Positions 19,103 through 28,508 of a DNA stretch of 64,000 nt are shown in pieces; positions within the stretch are counted from its first letter, which is position 1; each line of letters starts with the position of its first letter. A program made the position numbers and the translations under genes. The notes beneath the pieces were generated by a model. That model was not told the origin of the DNA, ran no database searches, and saw nothing but the letters and a program-made list of their open reading frames with translations. The stretch comes from an uncultured virus (IMG/VR IMGVR_UViG_3300029705_006209). Its lineage: Duplodnaviria > Heunggongvirae > Uroviricota > Caudoviricetes. The stretch lies in the IMG/VR virus record IMGVR_UViG_3300029705_006209. One strand, written 5' to 3'.

Positions 19103-20230
19103 ATGCCGGAAAAGAAGATCCGGAACACTACGGGCAAGCCCCAGAATGTTCTGGCAAAAGAAAACTCGATCAATCAGAAAATCGCAAAAGAACTTCTTCC
19201 GGTTCTCCCCTCTTTTGTTGCTGAATATGACATGTACCTCGCCGGTGAAGGCAGATCAGTAAAGACCAGACACGCATATCTCAGCGATCTCGTTCACTTC
19301 TTCGAATATATGACGCAGGACACCGGGCTTTCCGATGCTGCGATTCCCCGGGATATAACGTTATCCGAAATGGAAAAACTCACAGGGCGTGATGTGAATG
19401 CATATCTTAATTATGTGATGCGCTATGAGTCCCCTGACGGGGAGTCGATCATTGAAAACAAGAATGATTCAAGGGCCAGAAAAAGAAGTTCCATCGTCGG
19501 TCTTCTTAAGTATCTATACAGACAGGACCTGATCGAAAAAGACATCACCGGAAAGATAATGACGATCTCTGTCAAAGACTCCTCCAGGGCGGTCAAGGCT
19601 CTTCAGGAAGATGAAGTCGCAGAGCTTCTCCATATAGTAACTACCGGAGAAGGACTGTCGGATCACCAGAAGTTCTACTGGGAAAAGACAAGATACAGGG
19701 ATACACTGATCATTATCCTTTTCGTTGTAACCGGGCTCAGAGTGTCCGAGCTTCAGCAGCTCAACATAAGCTCATTTAACCTGAAGAGGGAAACATTTCT
19801 CATTTACAGGAAACGCGGCAAGGAGTCTGTCATGCCAATGAACAGAATCATTATAGACGCTTTCAATGAGTACATGCGTCTTGACAGAGGCTCTTGCATG
19901 GATGTTGCTCCTGGTCATGAGGATGCATTGTTCCTTTGCCTGACAGCCGAAAGGAAAAGTAAGAACAATAATAGACCGGAGTACGGCAGAAAAAGACTAT
20001 CTACAGAGCAGATACGTGCCCTGGTTCACAAATACACAGCTATGGTCATTGGCGATAAAAGAGGCTACTCCCCTCACAAACTCAGAGCTACAGCTGCTAC
20101 AACAGCAATAAACCGTGGCCACGATATTAGCCGCGTTGCAAACTTGCTGGATCACGACAGCGTTCAGACCACAAAGAGATACATTAAGCAAACTGAGGCT
20201 GACAAAAAGCGTGTGATCGATGATTTTTAG
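19103..20230 (+). CDS. tyrosine recombinase (XerC/XerS-like)
   Basis: SAM-like N-terminal domain; TGLRVSE, PHKLR, LLDH and TKRY place the R, HxxR, H and Y catalytic residues. Confidence 0.9.
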   Translation: MPEKKIRNTTGKPQNVLAKENSINQKIAKELLPVLPSFVAEYDMYLAGEGRSVKTRHAYLSDLVHFFEYMTQDTGLSDAAIPRDITLSEMEKLTGRDVNAYLNYVMRYESPDGESIIENKNDSRARKRSSIVGLLKYLYRQDLIEKDITGKIMTISVKDSSRAVKALQEDEVAELLHIVTTGEGLSDHQKFYWEKTRYRDTLIIILFVVTGLRVSELQQLNISSFNLKRETFLIYRKRGKESVMPMNRIIIDAFNEYMRLDRGSCMDVAPGHEDALFLCLTAERKSKNNNRPEYGRKRLSTEQIRALVHKYTAMVIGDKRGYSPHKLRATAATTAINRGHDISRVANLLDHDSVQTTKRYIKQTEADKKRVIDDF

Positions 20231-20275
20231 TGCCCCTCGCAACGTGTGGTGCCCACATTCGCGACACACGCTTTC

Positions 20276-20424
20276 AATCTCTACTGTGTGTAGATTCAAT
20301 CAGTACGAAAATCGTACGAACGAGTCCAAAGGTAATAATAATCTCTACTAAGTGTAGATATTTCGGCTTCAAGGTCGTGTCAGATACAGTCCAAAGGTAA
20401 TAATAATCTCTACTAAGCGTAGAT
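20276..20424 (+). CRISPR. orphan mini-array with type V-A (Cas12a-type) repeats: one 20-nt handle plus two 36-nt repeats
   Basis: GTCCAAAGGTAATAATAATCTCTACTAAG(T/C)GTAGAT at 20324-20359 and 20389-20424, plus AATCTCTACTGTGTGTAGAT at 20276-20295. Spacers are 28 and 29 nt. The TCTAC/GTAGA stem is intact in all three units. Confidence 0.85.
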
Positions 20425-20463
20425 AGTAAGCGCTGCAATGCCCTGGTACCTGTCAGAAGGGAC

Positions 20464-20504
20464 AAAAAAAGTGGCTTTCCCTTGACAGGAAAGACCACCT
20501 TTTT
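20464..20504. terminator. bidirectional intrinsic terminator
   Basis: A7-GTGGCTTTCC-loop-GGAAAGACCAC-C-T5. Confidence 0.8.
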
Positions 20505-20680
20505 CTTTATTGGACACGGGAGAATTGTCCGCGCAAAAACCTCCCAACTTAAAAAAGTTTTCACCAAAGTGAAGACTTTGCAAAGCTGAGAGGTTTGTGT
20601 TGCCAATCAAGTCTTTGCAAAAATTAAAAAGAGGGCAAATTGCTCTCTTCTTAATACGCAAAACTTAATAAGCTGCATTC

Positions 20681-20709
20681 ATATTATCCTTTTTAGAGGG
20701 GAGTGTCAA
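20681..20709 (-). promoter_or_regulatory. sigma70 promoter pointing toward the CRISPR array
   Basis: TTGACA-17-TAATAT on the minus strand. Confidence 0.65.
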
Positions 20710-20722
20710 GGTTGGAATGCAG

Positions 20723-21265
20723 CTACAGCTCTGAATGGTTCTTCTCCTCGCAACTCGGGCAGCGTTCCGGAGCGTTTTCCCACATCTCCATGAGCGTGTC
20801 TGCCACTTCTCGCGAAACATACTCTATCGCTTCGTCAACTGTTTCCACCCCCATCGGGTTTGCATAAAACATCCTGAAAAAACTGTTGATAGAAGCGACA
20901 GGATACAGGTCTCCCTCCTTGTCTTTCGGAATGATTGTAATGCCGTCCTTGAGGTATGCGTCCCCCTCCTCTTCATTGTCGGCCTCCTCAATGCGAACAT
21001 CCGCATCTTCGTCAACAAGATCAGAAACATAGTCTACTAGAACACTCTCAAATTCCATGAAAAGCTGTTCCTTTTCTGTTTTGAAGGAATCCAGCTGTCT
21101 GCTGACTTCCTCTTTGGATGAGCCGAAGCAGAGTGGTGCAAAGCCACCCAGTCCCGTTTTGCAGAGATGAACATTGGATTCACACATCTCGGTTAATGTT
21201 TCGATCTGATACTGCCTGAGATCCTCGTTATAGCAGCCAATCCATACAGGTGTTTCTTTCTTCAT
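20723..21265 (-). CDS. hypothetical protein
   Basis: GAAAGGA RBS; ATGA overlap with the HTH gene. Confidence 0.7.
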   Translation of the reverse strand: MKKETPVWIGCYNEDLRQYQIETLTEMCESNVHLCKTGLGGFAPLCFGSSKEEVSRQLDSFKTEKEQLFMEFESVLVDYVSDLVDEDADVRIEEADNEEEGDAYLKDGITIIPKDKEGDLYPVASINSFFRMFYANPMGVETVDEAIEYVSREVADTLMEMWENAPERCPSCEEKNHSEL

Positions 21266-21567
21266 TTTCTGTTCCTTTCTTCACTTGGCCCGTTATTTTC
21301 TGGCGGGCAAGTGTCTTTCCATAACTCTTTTGTTTCAAGATACTCTATGACTGTTTCTCCCTCGAGAAAATACAGGTACGGCTTTTCCAGTGCGTCTGCA
21401 AGAAGTCGCAGCTTGGTCAAACTGTCAACATCCTTGCCGCATTCTATCCTGCTGATCTGTGGCTGGTCCCACTGAAGCAGAGCTCCGAGTTCCGTCTGCG
21501 TATAGCCCTTTTCTTTACGTGCAGCTCTGACTCTGTCCCCGATTTCCCTCTCATTGTTTGTATACAT
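21262..21567 (-). CDS. XRE-family HTH regulator
   Basis: IGDRVRAARKEKGYTQTELG..ISRIECG. Confidence 0.85.
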   Translation of the reverse strand: MYTNNEREIGDRVRAARKEKGYTQTELGALLQWDQPQISRIECGKDVDSLTKLRLLADALEKPYLYFLEGETVIEYLETKELWKDTCPPENNGPSEERNRK

Positions 21568-21684
21568 GTCTTCGTTCTGTTCTTTCTTTTTCTACATATA
21601 GGCAATATGCCAAGAAGTACTGACATAGCTTACAGTAAAAGTCTAAATTATACCCGATGCTAATTCTATGCAAAAATCTGCATA

Positions 21685-22728
21685 TTATCCGACAATCTCT
21701 CTGACCGTTGCAATTGGGAGCACATTGAGATGTGCGAGATTGTTTCTTGCTGTTGCCATAAGTTTAAGCCTTTCGTATTCATCGTGCGGCACACGGAACA
21801 TCCCGCTGTAAGTCATGAACAGAAGCGCGCCAAGCTCAACATCGCTCGCGGTTACGTAATCGTCCCCGAGAGGATTCGAAAGCGGAAGCTGCTTCGTTAT
21901 CAGCTCCTCGTATTTCTCCACAAAAGAGCATCTGTATTGTTCAAGATACGGGAATATGCACTTAAGCTGAGCTTCCCAGACTTTGCGCTTCAGCGCCTCT
22001 TCATCATCGTCGCCCTTCCCGTAATGCTTCTTCGCAAAAGATACCGGATCTTCAAGAAACTCCCTGTAAATGTATATGGCAGTTTCCGCCTGCTCGGCAT
22101 TCCCACCGGTTATGCCTGACGCAAGCTCGGCAAGATAAGTCTTTATGATGCTCGGCTCGCATATGCCCGCTGCCTGTATTGCACAGTAGGCGTAGGTATC
22201 AAACGGCGATGAATAGTCCCTGTAGTCTATTACGCGAATGCCTTTTGTCACCTTCGGCTTTTCGTCTGCCTGAACAGTAAGCATAAATACCGCCGGAGCG
22301 ATGTTTCTGGAAACGAAGGATGCATATTCGGAAACAAACGACGTCCAGCCGGAGAGCTCTTCAGCGTTTTCGCTTTCCGTTCTCACGATAAAGCCTCTGC
22401 CGTGCATCACGGATGAAGAGGCTTCAGCAAGGAATCTGGATGCTGAGTAGCCCGGCTTTGGCCTGAATGAAGCCCTGAGCTCACGCCTGCAGTAGGTGTT
22501 AAGAAAGTAGTCTGAGACCTGTCCGGCAATATCGCCGAGAATGACTGTCTCCTGGCCTCCCAGTTCGGTTTCTACGCGATTTCTGAGTATTTCGAAGAAC
22601 TCTTCCTCAAACGGGATTTCTTTCGGCATAACCAAAATACAGCTCTTCTGAGCGGCCGCAGATTCCGCGGCCGCCCTTATGAACCTTGAAGGACCGGATA
22701 CTTCGGTCCACCATGCATTATCTTTCAT
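21685..22728 (-). CDS. hypothetical partner of the large ATPase
   Basis: Starts 13 nt downstream of the ATPase gene; C-terminal ARNNLAH (Rx4H, HEPN-like). Confidence 0.7.
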   Translation of the reverse strand: MKDNAWWTEVSGPSRFIRAAAESAAAQKSCILVMPKEIPFEEEFFEILRNRVETELGGQETVILGDIAGQVSDYFLNTYCRRELRASFRPKPGYSASRFLAEASSSVMHGRGFIVRTESENAEELSGWTSFVSEYASFVSRNIAPAVFMLTVQADEKPKVTKGIRVIDYRDYSSPFDTYAYCAIQAAGICEPSIIKTYLAELASGITGGNAEQAETAIYIYREFLEDPVSFAKKHYGKGDDDEEALKRKVWEAQLKCIFPYLEQYRCSFVEKYEELITKQLPLSNPLGDDYVTASDVELGALLFMTYSGMFRVPHDEYERLKLMATARNNLAHLNVLPIATVREIVG

Positions 22729-22741
22729 AACGCTCTATCTC

Positions 22742-25700
22742 CTATTCTGAGAACGAGAGGAGTTTTTCGTCCACCTCGTCCGATGTTCCCATCATTGTGA
22801 AGAAATTGTATCTTGAGAACAGGTATCTGTTCTCTGCTGTTACTCTGATGACGTTCAGCTCGCAGAGCTCGGTCATAAGAGCGTCCACCTGCTCCTTTGT
22901 CATACCGGAGATGCGCTTTGTATTCAGTTCCTTTGCGATCCTGAGAATGTCAGCGGCGGAATATCCGCCCTCTCTGTCATAATTTCTGTACAGGTACGCC
23001 AGGATAAGCGCGAGGATGTAGTAGTAGTCATCGTCACCTATGGTGAGCGTGATCATGAACTTCTCGCGGATCTGATTTCTGAAGTCAGACTCGGCAAGAA
23101 CTCTCTTGATGAGTTTCTCCTCGATCACGTACGGAGGTGTTGCCGCCTCATCGTAGTCCCCGTTGTTCTTTTTCAGCGCTTCGATAAGCTTAGCGCAGTA
23201 AAGCTGAACAAGGCCCGGGAAGCGGTTGGCCGTTGCGAGGATCATCGGAACGAGGTCCGAATCGTCCTCCGGAAATCTGAAGCCGAGGTAAAAAAGAGGC
23301 TGTTCGAGCAGCATTCTTGCTTCCTGAGCGCTGAATGGCTTTACAGTGAGGCTCTCAAGATGCGGAAGCACGCTGTTTCCGCTGGATGCAGCCTTGTTGA
23401 AGCGGATGACGTTTCTGAGTCCCGCTACAACGAACTTGAACCTGCCCGCATCCACGTTCATCTGGATGTCCTTAAGCGCATTGAACGGGCTGTAGCCTAC
23501 CTCTTCGCAGCTTTCGAGGAACCTGTCTGCCTCGTCAAGCATCAGAAGCAGATACCCGATCTTTTTCGACCCGTTAAGGGTGTTTCTGACTGCGCGCGCG
23601 ATCGCATCCCAGTTCGTCTCGTCAGAGACTGGCGCCTCGAGCACCTTCTCGTCATAGAGGGTCTGGGCGACCTTTCTTGCCGTATCCTTGTAATCAAGGT
23701 CTTTTATGTCGATAAGAACAGCCTTGTTCTTATCCGACTCACCGTTTATGTCCGTCTTGGCTTTTCTGAGAAGCGCCGACTTACCCAGCTGGCGGCCGCC
23801 GTATACTATGTTGACTCCCGCCGGGTCCTTTATCTTTTCGAGCTCGTCCTTCCTTCCGATGAACATCTCAGGAGCCATTACCTTTGAGCTCTCGTAGATA
23901 TAAGGCTGGAAGTAAGCAAACGGCATGACCGTCTCCATCAGCATACGTCCGATGTATGTCTCCGAGTAGTTATGGATCAGGTACATATAGAGCACTCTGT
24001 CGATCACAGCGAAGACTCGTGATGAGCCCTCTTCCTTGATCTTGCGTGCAAGACGCCTTCTCTCCGTCTCCGTGAGCGGATGGTCAAGGAATGCGATCGT
24101 GTGCCTGCCCTTGCCGTACTCGTTCATCTTTGCGATAAGCGCGTCCGCATTATGTGCTCCTGAAAGCCAGATAACGCGGAACCCTTCCCTTGCGCCCATA
24201 GAGCCGAAGGCGTATATCGGGTGGCCGTATGTCTTTTCGTCCTCATGAAGAGGCTTTTTGAGTCTTATGTTGAAGGTGTTGCCCGCAGTATCCGCAGGTG
24301 TGATCCTCTCGATATCCATTCCAAGAGCCGTAAGCATCACCTTGAGGCTCTCCGGAGTGACTGCCCTGCCCGGATTAGGCCAGCTGCTTTTGAGCGCGAG
24401 AGCGCCCTTCATATCTTTGGTTGAAAGCCCTTTTAGGTCGTTGGTCTTGACGCGGCTCGAAAGGGCCTGCCCGCTCGTGCCGGACATCTTATAGTAATAT
24501 GAATATTTTGACTGGAAGTCAGCGAGATAGTCCTCTTCGAACAGCTCCGTATCTGCCGGGATGTCTCCCGAAAGAAGGTTGTTGATCATATCCTCTGCTA
24601 CGAGGTAGTTCTGTCTCTCGAGGATCATCTGGTTGATCTTGCATATGTAATCGCTGTGATCGCGCTCGAGCGTATGGTCATGCTTGAGAAGGTCTGAAAG
24701 TTCGCGGAGAATGGACGCTCCGCGGCTTCCGGCATCGTGCTTTATCTGAGCTCTCAGTTCTTCGAGAAGGCTCTTGTAGAATCCGTAATTCCATGTTTCT
24801 TCAGCCCAGTTGTACCATTTGTCCGCCAGGCGGAGGATCCTGTCCTTTTTGTCCTCGGTGTCGTCCGTGTCGAGCTGTCCGTAGCTCTGCGCAAGCTCTA
24901 TGTCGCTTACAAAGTCCCTCTGTATGAATTCGAGCTGACCCGCTGCATATTTCTGTGCTTCAGCCATCGTGCTCAGTATTTCCGGGTCCTTCTTTCCTGA
25001 CTTCCTGATGTAGTCCGCAATGAGGCAGGCGGAGCCGTAATTGTCATCGCAGTAGTCACCCAGGTTCTCTTCCATCGTGCCGTTCTCATCAGCAGCGTGC
25101 TTTTCTATGAGAGCCATCATGTCCATTCCGTCTACTCCCGTTACGGCGCACTCCATATCAGGGAAGTAATCCTCGCCGAGAATGACGTAGTTCTTTTTCA
25201 GGAAATCTGCGTAGAAGTATTTCTGCACCGCAGGATCGAACGAGCCGTCCAGCTTGCTTCTGATCTCCCTGATCGTGCGGATAAGAACTACAAGGCCTGC
25301 TTTCGTCGAAACGTCTGATGTTTCAAGCTGCGCTTTCGAAGCTTCTGCTGCGGCATCGGCAAGGGATATCAGTCTGTCTCTGACTGCTGCATACGCTTCG
25401 TGCCCTTTATCTTTGTCATCACCGAGCGCTTCGTGGATCTCGATCCAGTTGCAGACCGCTGTAAGGGATTTGTATATATGTGACCTGAGGTTGCTTCTGA
25501 GGCTGCCCATAAGATCGGATGACTTCATCCTGAGCGCCACCTGCTCAAGAGCCTTGTCCCATTCTCTGTCAATGAAATCCTCTACTTTTCTCGGATCGAT
25601 GTTGTCAGCTGAGACAGACATTTCGTCCTTGATAAAGGAGCTTTCCATAAAGTCCTTAGCCAGTCCAACATAGCCGGTATCGTCCACCGATGCAGCCTTA

Positions 25701-28045
25701 ACATAGACGCCGAAATCTCCTTCCTTCGAGAAGATGTTGCGCCATGTTGCCTCGTAACGTCTGTTTATGATTTTGGAACGTGCTCTTTTCTGCCTTTCAA
25801 AGTCGTTCTCATAGCAGGATGCAGCTTCCGACTTGAGTGCTGTAAGATCCTTTTCAAGCGTTACCCTGTCATGGCTCCTGTAATCAGCATATCTGTCTAC
25901 CGGGAAACCGGTCTTTGATCTGAACGTTCTGAGATCATAGATAAGGTCGTTCAGAGCCTGGTTGTCTGAAAGCGCCGGATTGCCCTTGATCGAGTCGTGT
26001 ATCTGCTGAAGGCTGTAGTCGTAGCGCGACTGCCCTGCGAAGAAAAGTCTCAGTACGGATGAAGCCTGATAGTAATATTCGGACTCTCTGTCAAAATCCG
26101 TGAATGCGCTGAACAGGTTGTCTGATGTGTATGTGCAGTGGGCCGCCGGATCATTGACGGCATATGCCAGTTTGCTGTAGATGCTTTCCGTATCCGGGTA
26201 TTTTACCGATGCGGCTGCGGCATACGCGACAGCACAGTGCAGTTTCCCGTCTGCAGCAAATTTATCAACTGCAATTCCTATGCTCTCCTCAAGAGAGCCT
26301 GCAGCATAATCTTTTGCCGGAGTTGCCTTTGCGGCAGATGGCCTTTCCACCTTTTCAGGGGCCTCTGCTTTGGCTTTTGCTTTCACCGCCTTTGGTTTAG
26401 CCGTGCTTTTCCCTTTTACGGGCTTATCTGTCACCTTTGGTGCTTCTTTCTTTTCCGGCTCTTCGTCCTTGCCCGATCCCTTAGGATCAGTCAGCGATGC
26501 ATCTTCCCCCAATACATGCAGCTGGATGTCTGTCGTTTCAGAAATGACCAGTCCCTCCAGCATTTCCAGAACTACATTTGAAAAATCAACAGCATTTTCT
26601 TTTGTCAGTCCAAAGACATGGAGCTCGTCATACACCACCGGAGGCGTGGCGATGCTTTCGATTAGTGGGAGGAATGACTCCGTGTCCTCCGCATTATCAC
26701 ACAGACAGCCCGCAAAGAGCCTGTGCTTACCGTCACCGCATGCAGCAGAAGAAACAAAACCGCCTCCGTATATGTATCCCGTGACATCGGAATTTTCAGA
26801 GATATACTCGATCGACATGTTCTTCATAAGAATGTTAAGGTAAATCTTCGGATCATCATTCATGACCGGGATCGATATTCTTTTGTTGTGTGTACACTTT
26901 ATATAGTCACACGCATTTCTGCTTGAGAAAAGATCTGCACCTTTTTCCGTTACGCTGTAAAGCGTTGGGTAACCTTCGGCGGTTGCCTTTTGGATGTAGC
27001 CCTTTCTGAACAGAAGGTCGATGCACTCACTATAGCGGGATTCATCTATGCATGCTCTGAGTTTTTCGTTCGGTGTTTCGCGTAATGCTCCGCCGAAAGC
27101 AAGATCTCTCAGCGTCATGATGACGTCCACCCCGATAGGGCTGGATTTTATCATCTCTTTGAATTTCTTGACGCTGAAAGATTTTTTCGTCTGTGCCTCG
27201 GCGAATTCCCTTTCAACCTTTATGTCGCTCGTTTCGACCGGAGTATAGCCCGTTACCGCAAGGATGTCCGCATACGGACTCACGCCGGCTTCATCCTCCG
27301 GATCGTCTTCAAGCAATTCCGGAAAATCTACTCTTTCCTCTGGGAAAATTTCCGGTTCAGCATCAGACACAGCTTCTGTCTGTTCATCTTCTTCCTGCTG
27401 CTCGGCTTCTTCCGTTTCGCTTTCGGGCTCTGCTTCCTCGGATATTTCTTCCTTATCAGGCGCAACAGGCGAATCTTCTACTGTATACTCACCTGTAAAT
27501 GCAAGCGACAGGATCGACTCATCAAATTCATTCGCTATCCTGAGCATATACCCGGCTTTTTCTGCCGGCTTGCAGGAAAGAAGGTTTTTAAGATCCACAT
27601 ATTTCTGAAGAGAAGCCTCGCACTCTTCTGCGCTGAGACTTTCTATGTCCACAGCCAGAAGGTCTTTTTTAAGCTTCTCAAAAGTAGCAGCAATCGCTTT
27701 GTCATGAATATTAAGTCTTAAGATAAAATCCTTTGCCTCGATGTACTTGGTTTTATCGAGCATGCGTTCGATCCGGCACACCTCTTCATGAAAGTCATCG
27801 AACGTTTCAGGCAGTTCGTCGTGCCCGAATTCCCTATATGAAGCTTCACACTGCTTTCTCAGCGCCTTGACCGATGTGATCTTGTTTGAAGCTTCCGTAC
27901 ATTCCTCCGTTGTGAGGATGTATCCTTCACCCAGATTTTCTACGATCTGCTGCAGAGTATCGCAAAGGTCTTTTGACTCCTCGTGAAACCGCGAGACCCT
28001 GCTTTGCAGTTTTTCCAATAGTTCCAGTTTGTTCTTACTGCTCAT
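22742..28045 (-). CDS. very large (1767 aa) protein with C-terminal STAND-like P-loop ATPase
   Basis: FIGRKDEL..YGGRQLGKS (Walker A), LLMLDEAD (Walker B), FPGLVQ (GxP-like); long helical N-terminal region. Confidence 0.8.
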   Translation of the reverse strand: MSSKNKLELLEKLQSRVSRFHEESKDLCDTLQQIVENLGEGYILTTEECTEASNKITSVKALRKQCEASYREFGHDELPETFDDFHEEVCRIERMLDKTKYIEAKDFILRLNIHDKAIAATFEKLKKDLLAVDIESLSAEECEASLQKYVDLKNLLSCKPAEKAGYMLRIANEFDESILSLAFTGEYTVEDSPVAPDKEEISEEAEPESETEEAEQQEEDEQTEAVSDAEPEIFPEERVDFPELLEDDPEDEAGVSPYADILAVTGYTPVETSDIKVEREFAEAQTKKSFSVKKFKEMIKSSPIGVDVIMTLRDLAFGGALRETPNEKLRACIDESRYSECIDLLFRKGYIQKATAEGYPTLYSVTEKGADLFSSRNACDYIKCTHNKRISIPVMNDDPKIYLNILMKNMSIEYISENSDVTGYIYGGGFVSSAACGDGKHRLFAGCLCDNAEDTESFLPLIESIATPPVVYDELHVFGLTKENAVDFSNVVLEMLEGLVISETTDIQLHVLGEDASLTDPKGSGKDEEPEKKEAPKVTDKPVKGKSTAKPKAVKAKAKAEAPEKVERPSAAKATPAKDYAAGSLEESIGIAVDKFAADGKLHCAVAYAAAASVKYPDTESIYSKLAYAVNDPAAHCTYTSDNLFSAFTDFDRESEYYYQASSVLRLFFAGQSRYDYSLQQIHDSIKGNPALSDNQALNDLIYDLRTFRSKTGFPVDRYADYRSHDRVTLEKDLTALKSEAASCYENDFERQKRARSKIINRRYEATWRNIFSKEGDFGVYVKAASVDDTGYVGLAKDFMESSFIKDEMSVSADNIDPRKVEDFIDREWDKALEQVALRMKSSDLMGSLRSNLRSHIYKSLTAVCNWIEIHEALGDDKDKGHEAYAAVRDRLISLADAAAEASKAQLETSDVSTKAGLVVLIRTIREIRSKLDGSFDPAVQKYFYADFLKKNYVILGEDYFPDMECAVTGVDGMDMMALIEKHAADENGTMEENLGDYCDDNYGSACLIADYIRKSGKKDPEILSTMAEAQKYAAGQLEFIQRDFVSDIELAQSYGQLDTDDTEDKKDRILRLADKWYNWAEETWNYGFYKSLLEELRAQIKHDAGSRGASILRELSDLLKHDHTLERDHSDYICKINQMILERQNYLVAEDMINNLLSGDIPADTELFEEDYLADFQSKYSYYYKMSGTSGQALSSRVKTNDLKGLSTKDMKGALALKSSWPNPGRAVTPESLKVMLTALGMDIERITPADTAGNTFNIRLKKPLHEDEKTYGHPIYAFGSMGAREGFRVIWLSGAHNADALIAKMNEYGKGRHTIAFLDHPLTETERRRLARKIKEEGSSRVFAVIDRVLYMYLIHNYSETYIGRMLMETVMPFAYFQPYIYESSKVMAPEMFIGRKDELEKIKDPAGVNIVYGGRQLGKSALLRKAKTDINGESDKNKAVLIDIKDLDYKDTARKVAQTLYDEKVLEAPVSDETNWDAIARAVRNTLNGSKKIGYLLLMLDEADRFLESCEEVGYSPFNALKDIQMNVDAGRFKFVVAGLRNVIRFNKAASSGNSVLPHLESLTVKPFSAQEARMLLEQPLFYLGFRFPEDDSDLVPMILATANRFPGLVQLYCAKLIEALKKNNGDYDEAATPPYVIEEKLIKRVLAESDFRNQIREKFMITLTIGDDDYYYILALILAYLYRNYDREGGYSAADILRIAKELNTKRISGMTKEQVDALMTELCELNVIRVTAENRYLFSRYNFFTMMGTSDEVDEKLLSFSE

Positions 28046-28064
28046 AAACGACTCCTTTCAGAGA

Positions 28065-28508
28065 TCAGATATATATTATCCGGCACTTATTGCCGTATTC
28101 TTCAGCCAATTTGAAATTCTGTTTTGTTCCCGGCGACTTGCCGTCCCAGAAAGCGACACATCCGCGCTTCGGCATCTTTGCGATGTATTCGTGCATTTGC
28201 CGGTTTCTGATGTATCCCGCCTTCCGTCCGTATTTATCCCACTCGGCAGGAAAAATCTTTATCGGAAGACCCTTCTCCTTTGCGTATCTTTCCGCCATTG
28301 AATCTGCCCCGGCAGCTCCGCCACTGACGATAACTACATTGCTCTGGCGGCTCAGAAGCATATCCAGTCTGTCCCTGAAAAAATCATAATCGCAAAAGGA
28401 TCTGCTCCCTGCCACAAGACAGAAAAAAGCATCACAGAGACGCTCTTCGCATTCCTTGCAGTCGGGATACAGCGCATAATTCTGTTTTATCGGACAATAC
28501 TTAGCCAT
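28065..28508 (-). CDS. SLOG family protein (DUF2493/YspA-like)
   Basis: VAGSR, VSGGAAGAD, AGYIRNRQM and FWDGKSPGT motifs. Confidence 0.85.
   Translation of the reverse strand: MAKYCPIKQNYALYPDCKECEERLCDAFFCLVAGSRSFCDYDFFRDRLDMLLSRQSNVVIVSGGAAGADSMAERYAKEKGLPIKIFPAEWDKYGRKAGYIRNRQMHEYIAKMPKRGCVAFWDGKSPGTKQNFKLAEEYGNKCRIIYI

Noticed and set aside
20296..20463. Self-targeting of spacers within the window
   Set aside because: By eye only ~9-nt matches were found (e.g. GCTTCAAGG near 42192, TCAGATACA near 30741), which are expected by chance. This was not an exhaustive search.
20274..20661. Minus-strand ORFs 20274..20606 and 20413..20661
   Set aside because: They cross the CRISPR repeats and terminator and lack a convincing RBS.
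22742..28045. Large ORF near the array as a Cas12a/Cas12a2 effector
   Set aside because: No RuvC motifs are recognisable; it has P-loop ATPase motifs instead.
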